Source of the DNA: Histomonas meleagridis 2922-C6/04-290x
Taxonomy: Eukaryota > Protista > Parabasalia
Assembly: GCA_020184695.1 (NCBI GenBank)
Contig: JAANOX010000113.1
Location: 62,001 to 126,000, forward strand
DNA length: 64,000 bases
Direction: 5' to 3'
Shown: positions 33,250 through 42,171 of the stretch, piece after piece
Layout of the letters: each line of letters starts with the position of its first letter
Position numbering within the stretch: position 1 is the first letter of the stretch
The notes under the pieces: generated by a model
What the model was told of the DNA's origin: nothing
Database searches by the model: none
The model's input: only the letters and a program-made list of their open reading frames with translations
Made by a program: the position numbers and the translations under genes

Positions 33250-34377
33250 TTATTCATCAGGAGCAATATATGTTCCGGCGAATATGACTGATCCATTTTT
33301 GTTTCTTATTAAATAAATGAATGGATGATCAGCATTAAACTCAATTGTTTCGAAATCAAATCCTAAGTCATCAACTTCATCTAAATCTTCTTCTTCCAAA
33401 ATAACTGCAGTTGCAGCCGATGCTTCAGTACCTTCTTCATTTACTTCAATAAATGTTTTGTGTAATATATCTGTTACAATATATGAATTTTCTGATTGTT
33501 CGAAGATATCAATAATTCCAATTGATTTAAGCATTTCGACAAGTGAAGTTGAACCCCATTTATGAGTAAACTTTGGTATTGTATAAAATATTTTTATATC
33601 TGATAATTCAAGTTTGTTAATATATTCATGAAAATTGGTTCTTAGTCTTTTAAATGATTCGATATCATTTCTCTTTGGTAAAAATATAATCAATGAATTA
33701 TCATCAACATAAGGAATAGAAAGAACTTGTGCTTCGGAATCTTCTGCATAAGGAAGATACCCATTTTCTTTCATGAAATCAGTATGTTTAATTGAATTAT
33801 CAAATAACTCAAAAGATCTGGTAAATGTGTTTTCCGGATCAAAACTTAAACGCCATTTAGAGCGAAAATATATGGCGCTTGTGATGATTATATATGTTGA
33901 AGGATTAACAGCATCAGGAGTTACAAGACCTTTAATAAGACCATGCGTTAATTCAGAAATATTTTGGTTAATTTGGTCAAGACCAGGTTGAGGAAATATG
34001 ACTGGTGTAATTTTGGAACCTAGAACTTCAATTAAAGCTTCGAATATACTCATATCTCTGACTAGATTTTCGTTTGGCCAAATGGAGTTCACGCCTATGA
34101 TAGAAGTGCTTTCATCTTCTTTTTCAATGGTTTGAATCATATTTTGAAGTGAAATTAATAGATCTCTTGTGCCAATTTCAGTGTCTATTCCTAAAGATTC
34201 AAGAATTTGAATTTTTGAAGCGTTTTCAAAAAAAGAAGATGTCATGATAAGTGATACAAAAGTTGAGTAAGGTGAAAGAATTATGTTTGAAGAACCATCA
34301 TCAAAAAAGTTCAACATCTTTTGCGCTAATTCCTGAGTAGATTCTGGAAGTGTCAGTCCTCTTCTGACTTCAGACAT
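33250..34377 (-). CDS. Serpin (intracellular type, no signal peptide)
   Basis: ILSPYS, SAIYFRSKW, IFLP, IPKF, HKTFIEVNEEGTEASAATAV hinge, FNADHPFIYLIR. Confidence 0.95.
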   Translation of the reverse strand: MSEVRRGLTLPESTQELAQKMLNFFDDGSSNIILSPYSTFVSLIMTSSFFENASKIQILESLGIDTEIGTRDLLISLQNMIQTIEKEDESTSIIGVNSIWPNENLVRDMSIFEALIEVLGSKITPVIFPQPGLDQINQNISELTHGLIKGLVTPDAVNPSTYIIITSAIYFRSKWRLSFDPENTFTRSFELFDNSIKHTDFMKENGYLPYAEDSEAQVLSIPYVDDNSLIIFLPKRNDIESFKRLRTNFHEYINKLELSDIKIFYTIPKFTHKWGSTSLVEMLKSIGIIDIFEQSENSYIVTDILHKTFIEVNEEGTEASAATAVILEEEDLDEVDDLGFDFETIEFNADHPFIYLIRNKNGSVIFAGTYIAPDE

Positions 34378-34960
34378 TGTGAAATGTTAATGCTGGGAAA
34401 TATTCAAAAGAGAGATAAACCATTGAAAATTGATATCAAAATTTTTCTGTTTTCAAAAGGCGTCAGAAAAATTCATAATATAATCAAAATTATGGTGACA
34501 AATGGTCTACATTTGATGAACTCATTATTTATTATTTTTGAAGCCTCAATTATGTTGGAACAAATATTTACAATTTGATCCATCGTCATCAGTCATAATA
34601 TCAAATCCTCCATTTTCAATAGCCAATTCATTCCATCTTTTCTGTAAGCTTTTTGGAAATATATCTGATAGTTACATTTCATTACCAAGTTTTATATCAT
34701 CTCAATGGCGTGATCCAATTACTCATCCATTAGTTACGATATTACTCCTTGAATTACATGAAATTCTTTTTTTCATTAATGAATATTACCATAAATAAAG
34801 AAGGGTATTTAAAAACAAAATGGTATTAATTATTTTACTCAAGTTGAGAGTAAATTCAAGGAAGTCTTCCTTTTTTTCGCGATTACCAAAAAAATCATAG
34901 AATGATTTTCATTTATATCGACTGAACCTTGTTTATAATCCCACTTCAAATATTATAAAG

Positions 34961-35983
34961 TCAAATATTATTTTGTTTAACTTCATAATTTATAAATCTT
35001 GGAATTCCTGATGTATCAATTCTATCTTTACTTTTACTAGTAGCTTTTATTTTCAATTTAAAATCTTCAAAACCATTCCAATTACCTTCAAAAATAAAAC
35101 CTATTTTTGTATTCTCTATATCTATCATATCATCGAATGAATAAATATCCATAAGTTTTAATAAACTACCATCAGCATGAAGGTTAGTGAGAAATCCATA
35201 TGGAGGATATTCAAAGAATAAATTAAGTGATCGAATCATTGTATCATTATCAGCAAGTTCAATAGAAATATTATAAGAGAAAAAGTATGGGCTTACCATT
35301 ATACTATTAATATTTGTTAATTTTTTGAATTCTCTTCTTGAATCATAAACATCAATCGAATTTTTATGTATAATGATTTTTTTTAGTTTTTTTGTAATTA
35401 ATGTTTTTTTTGGTGCTACAATGTTTTTTAATTGTTCGGGGGCATCAGAAAAAACATGGTTTGCTTTAATATTTTTTCCGCTAAGATCGGATGGACTAAA
35501 AAATAAGTTTATCAAATATACTCGATCAAATATATATTTTCCATAAAAATTAAACCTTCCTTCAAAAAAGAAAGATGGAATTAGTTTTGAATAATCACCA
35601 CTTGCAATTCTTATTTCTTCATATAAAGATGATAAATATATTTTTGGTTGATTCGAAACAGAACGAAAATCGAATATTTCGCCTTCATAATTATCAATTT
35701 GATTAGCACAAATATAAACCGCATCACTCTTTATTAATTTGCTGAAATTTGATACTGTAGAAAAATCATCTGAAACAAAAGTTTCATTTAGTTTAATTAA
35801 TTTCGACATTACACTTAGTTTTTCGTATAAATTAGCTCTTAAATTCGTAAAATACTCTCTTCCATATAACCTTAAAAAAAATTCAGTACTTTCTTTCCTA
35901 TTTAAAAGAGGACAACTTGAATTTTCACCGTAAACAATAAGTTGAAATCTTGAAAAAATCGGAACAATAAAGGTGAGAAACAT
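34961..35983 (-). CDS. Hypothetical protein, possible N-terminal signal peptide
   Basis: About 340-aa open frame with a hydrophobic start (MFLTFIVPIFS); no domain recognised. Confidence 0.6.
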   Translation of the reverse strand: MFLTFIVPIFSRFQLIVYGENSSCPLLNRKESTEFFLRLYGREYFTNLRANLYEKLSVMSKLIKLNETFVSDDFSTVSNFSKLIKSDAVYICANQIDNYEGEIFDFRSVSNQPKIYLSSLYEEIRIASGDYSKLIPSFFFEGRFNFYGKYIFDRVYLINLFFSPSDLSGKNIKANHVFSDAPEQLKNIVAPKKTLITKKLKKIIIHKNSIDVYDSRREFKKLTNINSIMVSPYFFSYNISIELADNDTMIRSLNLFFEYPPYGFLTNLHADGSLLKLMDIYSFDDMIDIENTKIGFIFEGNWNGFEDFKLKIKATSKSKDRIDTSGIPRFINYEVKQNNI

Positions 35984-36329
35984 TTTCAAAAATGAAATAA
36001 AAATTTAGATTAAAAATCAATAAAATGTTAGGTTTAATGAATTAATTATTTCATTGAGTTCAACCGTAAACAATTTCAATTATCTCGAATAAGCATAATA
36101 ATCGCTTTTTGCCAAATTCAATGTTATAACATTAACAAAATCAATTCTGAGACAAAAAACTTTGTGACATTAAAATACTTAGAAATTAGCTTTATACTAT
36201 TATAAATGCATTGAAACATTGAAAGTATATCATCAAATTGATTGATTCAACTTTCAACGAATCCAAATCTTTTAATTATTCCATATAAACCTCTGTAAGT
36301 CAAAATTTGGTTCAAACTTATATCATTTA

Positions 36330-36660
36330 TATCTTATTTATTATATATTTATTAAAATAAAAAACACATGTTATGACTTTACTATTAATACCATTATCCA
36401 TTGCTACTTTATTTCTTTATTTTCTTTACCACACAAATAATTAATCACGACAGTAACTATTATCAATACCCCAACATGTACACAACTGGCTGCAATCAAT
36501 ACAGGGTAAACATTTGGATCACATTCATTAATTGCTTTTACTTTTGAAACATTTAAGTTTCCAAATATATCACCTTTTTAGCTATTATTTGTCATTACAG
36601 TGGTATTTAGAGATAGAATCAGGATCTTCACCTGGTTCTTTACTTCTATGATTTAATTGG
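36330..36660 (-). pseudogene. Orphan C-terminal (TM) fragment resembling a BspA-type membrane anchor
   Basis: KGDIFGNLNVSKVKAINECDPN followed by hydrophobic VLIAASCVHVGVLIIVTVVINYLC, preceded by TAA TAG. Architecture parallels the end of 42172-44184. Confidence 0.4.
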
Positions 36661-37083
36661 CAAATGTTGACCTTTAATATTTAATAATTAAAAGAGCAAT
36701 CGGGAATTTGTGTACCCAGATTGTGTGACACAAAACTTCTCACAAACAGACATAAAAAATTGTTTATAAAGGAAAAAAATTATTTTAACTTTTGAATACT
36801 GAGATCAAAGAGTCACTTTTATATCTCAATTTTTTCAACGAAATTTTCAATTTTTGTGAGACAAAAAGTGCTATTGTTCACGAAATCATGTGAAATGAAT
36901 GTAAATGTGATAGAATTCATTCAAACCAATTCAATCGAAACAAACGTTTTTTCATTCAAAAAATAATCATTCACTATCAAAAGGAACTGCAGTTCAACAG
37001 AAAACAATAAACGGTCATATGGTCTGAAATTCAATGCAAACGGCCGCTGAATAACTGTAAACCTCCAATTTCCCAGTTCAGAA

Positions 37084-38307
37084 ATGACCATTCCCAAAGC
37101 TCACCAAAATCTTACAAATACGTGGCCAAGCAAAGTCAACTCATATGAGATTGGCGAGGAGCTTGGGCATGGTGCATTTTCACATGTTTGTAAAGCCACT
37201 AATACAAAGAATAATCAACAATACGCAATAAAAATTTTTGCTAAACCAAACCTAACTGATAAAGGAGACCAAGAGCGCTTCCAACGAGAAGTCAATACAA
37301 TGGCATATCTCAGGCATGATAATTTAGTAGCTTTATATGATTTCTTTTGGGATGAAAATAACTTTTACTTAGTAATGGATTATTGTCAAGGAGGAGAACT
37401 CTTCGATTATATTGTTGACCACGACAAATTAAGTGAGCCAGTAGCGGCTTTAATCTTTCAACAAATTGTATCAGCAATTGCATATTGTCATTCAGCCGGT
37501 GTTGCACATCGAGATCTCAAACCTGAGAACATTCTCATAACTAAGTTTCCACAAATAAAAGTATCCGATTTTGGGTTATGTGGATTTATATCCGAACATC
37601 AAATGATGGAAACATTTTGTGGATCGCCGTGTTATTGCTCACCCGAGTGTCTTTGCCGTATCCAATATGATGGCCCTAAGAGCGATATTTGGAGTCTTGG
37701 CGTAATTTTATATGCAATGGTAACCGGTGAACATCCATGGAACATATCCAACACCTCCACCATGCTTCGTCAGATCCTTAAAGGGTCGTATACAGTTCCA
37801 CCTTATGTTTCTGCACAATGTAAAGATTTGATAACATCTATGATGAAAGTCAATCCACAAGACCGGATCACCATTGACGCGATTCTTAACCACCCATGGC
37901 TTAAAGTCGCCGACAAATGTCCGAAAAGGAAGAAATCGCAAGTCAAAATTTTACTTCCACCAATAAACACTATTTCCATGCAAGAGATCTCCGAAGCGAC
38001 AGCGCGTACTTCGACACGCTCCGAGCATGGAATTGTTTCACCTTTTCTTGATACAGATGATAAAGATTCGGAATCTGGCGGGAATAACGCGTTGCCAAGA
38101 TTACGCATCAGAAGTTCTTCTGTGGGCTCTTTGAAAGTTTGCAGTAGCACCGAATCGTTGTCAAAGAAAAATACGCAACGAAAATTGGCGCCAAGACCGC
38201 GAATCTCAAGTCGACAGAAATCGGCGGCAAATTTACTGCCGAAAGTGAAAAAGAGAAAAGAAAGAAACTCATTGACACCAATGACAACAATTTTCGAGAG
38301 TTCATAA
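37084..38307 (+). CDS. CAMK-family (SNF1/AMPK-like) Ser/Thr protein kinase
   Basis: LGHGAFSHV, AIK, HRDLKPEN, DFG, TFCGSPCYCSPE, DIWSLGVILYAM; Ser-rich and basic tail. Confidence 0.95.
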   Translation: MTIPKAHQNLTNTWPSKVNSYEIGEELGHGAFSHVCKATNTKNNQQYAIKIFAKPNLTDKGDQERFQREVNTMAYLRHDNLVALYDFFWDENNFYLVMDYCQGGELFDYIVDHDKLSEPVAALIFQQIVSAIAYCHSAGVAHRDLKPENILITKFPQIKVSDFGLCGFISEHQMMETFCGSPCYCSPECLCRIQYDGPKSDIWSLGVILYAMVTGEHPWNISNTSTMLRQILKGSYTVPPYVSAQCKDLITSMMKVNPQDRITIDAILNHPWLKVADKCPKRKKSQVKILLPPINTISMQEISEATARTSTRSEHGIVSPFLDTDDKDSESGGNNALPRLRIRSSSVGSLKVCSSTESLSKKNTQRKLAPRPRISSRQKSAANLLPKVKKRKERNSLTPMTTIFESS

Positions 38308-38561
38308 AATGTTTGTTATGTTTCATGTTTTATATAAAATATGTTTTTGTATTCATTAATTTACTTCTAAAGATATAATACTTTAAAACAAAATATTTTG
38401 TGAATAAAGGAAAAAAAAAATTTGAAAAAAAGTTAAAAGATTAAAAATTTATTTTTATAAAAATTCATATGAAAAAAGTAAATTGAATCGGAATTTCTTC
38501 TTCAATTAGAATAAAAAGCTTTGAGGGCTTTCTAAATAATTTTAGCATTAGCTTCACTCAT

Positions 38562-40672
38562 TCATTTTTGTTCTAATAATTTAACAATTTCTGTATGACC
38601 TTTATCAGATGCACACATCAGTGCTGTTTTAAATAATTTAAATAAATACCAAATATTAATTTGAAATATAAAATTATCAAAATAAATATCATATAACATT
38701 AATAAATACTTTTAGTATTAATGTCAATTCCATTTTGTTCAAGAAGTATTTTAACTATTTCTATATGGCCATGATAAGAAGCTAATATAAGTGCTGTATT
38801 AAATAATTTAAATAATTTCCAAATCATATTTTGAAATATAAAATTATTAAAATAAATATCATATAAAACAAATAAATACTTTTAGTATTAATGTCAATTC
38901 CATTATGTTTAAGAAGTATTTTAACGATTTCTATATGACCTTTTCTAGATGCAGAAATTAATGCTGTGTCAAATAATTTAAATCATTTCCAAATTTTATA
39001 TGAAAATATTAAATAATTAAAAGGAATATCAAATAAAACAAATTAGTATCTTTAACATTAATATCAATTCCTTCTTGTTCAAGAAGCATTTTAACGATTT
39101 CTATATGATCATTTTTAGATGCCCAGCTAAGTGCTGTATCAAATAATTTGAATAATTTCCGAATACTGTTTTTAAACCCATAATTATTAAAATAAATATC
39201 ATATAAAACGAATAAATATTTTTTGCATTAACATCAATTCCTTCATGACCAAGAAGTATTTTAACTATTTCTATATGACCATGATAAGATGCAAAAATTA
39301 ATGCTGTATTAAATAATTTGAACAATTTCCAAATATCACCATATAATATTGAACCATCAAAAAGAACACCAAACAAAACGAATAAATATTTTTAGCATTA
39401 ACATCAATTCCTTCATGACCAAGAAGTAATTTAACAATTTCTATCTGACTTTTTTTAGATGCCCAGTTAAGTGCTGTATCAAATAATTTGAATAATTACC
39501 GAATATTGTTTTAAGATATCGGAATTTTAAAACAAATATTATATAAAATATATAAATATTTTTAGAATTAACATCAATTCCTTTTTGTTCAAGAAGTAAT
39601 TTAACTATTTCTGTATATCCTTTTTTTGATACAATTATAAGTATTGTTCTAAATATTTCTAATAATTTCCAAATATTATTTTGAAATAAAAAATTATTAA
39701 AACAAATTATAAATATAACAAATAAATATCTTTAGCATTAACATTAATTCCTTCTTGTTCTAGAAGTAATTTAGCTATTTCTATATTACCTCCTTCAACT
39801 GCATACATAAGTGCTGTACTAAATAATTACAATTATCATCATGTTATTGAACTAAAAATAAAATTATTAAAATAAATATAAAGAGAAAGAAAGAAATATT
39901 TTCGGCATTAATATCAATGTCTTTTTGTTTTAAAAGAAATTCAACCATTTCTATATGATCATTTAAAGATGCCAACATAAGTGCAGTCCAAAATTATTAA
40001 AATAAACTCCAAATTAATAAAATGAATTAAAAATTATTTATATAAAAATAAAATAAAAAAACAAGATGCCTGCTTCATTAATATCGTTTCTTTTTTGCTT
40101 AAATATTAAATCAGCAATCTCAACATGCCCACTTCTTGCTGCCCAAAGAAATGCTGTTAGAAACATATGATATAAATTTCAAATTATTTAAATGAAAATA
40201 AACTTAATAAAACAAATATTAATTCATCAAAATAGATATCAAATATAACATTTAAATATCTTTTGCTTCTAGATTAATTCCTTTTTGTTCCAAAAGTAAT
40301 TTAACAATTTCATAATGCCCTTTTTTAGATGCGCATATAAGTGCAGTAAAAAATAAAATAAATAAATGCCAAATAATTTAAACGAATTTCAAATAAGTTA
40401 AATTATTTAAATAAATATTCATTTCGAATCGATAAAATAAATATTAAATTAATAAAATAAATTTCTTTACAGTAAATCAAACACCAAAAAGAACATATAA
40501 AATAGTGTAGCATTAATATCAATATCTTTTTGTTCAAGAAGTAATTTAACAATTTCAGTATAACCATAATAAGATGCTCGTATTAATGCAGTAAAAAATA
40601 ATTTATAAAAATTCCAAATTTATACTCAAAACATCATATTATAAAATAAAATTTCAAATTGAACAAATTTAT
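38562..40672 (-). repeat. Ankyrin-block/80-nt spacer array 2 (exact 170-bp period over 10 consecutive blocks)
   Basis: The plus-strand TA-codon heptamer (consensus RTGCWGT; GTATTGT at 39641) starts at 38621, 38791, 38961, 39131, 39301, 39471, 39641, 39811, 39981 and 40151, then 40341 and 40586. Confidence 0.92.
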
Positions 40673-41827
40673 GTCAAATACATTAATATTAATATCTTTG
40701 AATTTAAGAAGATAATTAACAAATTCATGGTTTCCTGAAGATGATGCATCTGCCAAAATCGAAATTGGAAATTTTTTTATTGAAAAATATTTTAACATAA
40801 AAATATTCCCAACTAATGCCAAATGTTTTATAAAAAAATCACCAATTTCCATTCCTTCTTTTATTAAAAATGATAAGATTTCATAATTATCATCCCAAAG
40901 ACATTCAACTCCTAATTCTTCTAAATCATTAATTTCAACAATTTTATTATCATAAATATATTTAAAGATATCATTTTGATGAAATTCAATTGCTGTTTCA
41001 TATGCATCTTCGAATGATGAATTATTTTGTTCACATAAATGAATAATTTCTTCATTTCCACCTGCAACTGCATATTTACCTGTATTTTCGATATTTGCAT
41101 TGTTCATAAGTAAATATTTAAAACATTTAACTGATCCAAAAAATGCTGCATAATCAATTAATGTAACATTTAATTTATTAATAAAAGAACATCTTTCATA
41201 AAGTGATGGTTCAATTGTTTGATTGAAATCAAAATTTGTTTGTGATGATATTTCTTGAAGTTTTTCGATTTCATCATTTCTTATTATTTTTGCAATTGTA
41301 TTCGGATTAACTCCTTCTTTAATTAATTTCTTATGAATTTCCCAATCATTCTTTGAAAGCTCTTCGATATTTGAATAAAATTCTTTACGAAAACTATAAT
41401 TAAAATGTCCAATTCTCATAAAATAACTTTCAATTTTTTGCATTTTTTCTTTTGTTTTATAGTGAGCAAAATATAATACTTTTTTCTTTTTAACAATTTG
41501 CGAATCATAAAGTCCATGATTAATCATATTTTCAAGAAGAAAATATGATTCATTAGTTTGCACTTCAAGTAAATATTGAGCAAACAAATTAAAAAAATCA
41601 GCATTTTTGATGTTTTTTTCTTCTGCACTTGCTTTTAGTTCCAACAAATACTTGATACAAATATTGATATCAGTTATTTTCCTTGACGCATATGCATTAT
41701 ATAAAAATCTCGAAATCATTAGATTAAATGAAAACGGAAAATTATAATCAAACAAACCTAAAGTCGATTTAGCCGATTCATTATTTATATTAAAAATAAC
41801 CTTTTCCAACTTTTGCATTAACTCCAT
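38562..41827 (-). CDS. DUF3447-type/ankyrin-repeat gene: uninterrupted 5' ORF followed by 12 spacer-separated ankyrin blocks (join inferred)
   Basis: ATG at 41827; continuous frame to …DININVFD (40673). Stop-free 30-codon blocks start at 40592, 40347, 40157, 39987, 39817, 39647, 39477, 39307, 39137, 38967 and 38797. A final block at 38627 ends …KLLEQK-TGA (38562-64). Confidence 0.75.
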
Positions 41828-42171
41828 TTTAAAGAATAAAGTTCTGCCCAAAAGGTTGGAACACCACCTATTCAATCAACTGCCATTTTAATACAATCAA
41901 ATTTAAAAACAAAAACAAACTTATCACAAAAGTGGAAACGCATTTTTCTAAAGTTTACTTAGAAGACAAAACAATTAATTTTCCATTGAATATCAACAAG
42001 TTAATCATATAATTTCTTGGCACTAATAAACATTTGATGTAAAACATATTTTTTAATTATACAGAAAGTTAAAAAACAATTTTCTTCATTTAAGTAAACT
42101 ATAGAATAATAAAACTTTACAACGGACTCAATTCCCATTCAAATCCAGCTATCGTTTCCAAATAGAAAAAG

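Noticed and set aside
38562-40680. CRISPR array interpretation of the repeat/spacer periodicity
   Set aside because: The conserved units are 90-nt protein-coding ankyrin blocks with amino-acid-level variation, the context is eukaryotic, and there are no cas genes.
38562-40680. Canonical GT-AG or U12 AT-AC introns
   Set aside because: A GT occurs at spacer position 9-10 in only some units, there is no AG near the 3' ends, there is no ACTAAC branch motif, and AT…AC choices do not restore the frame.
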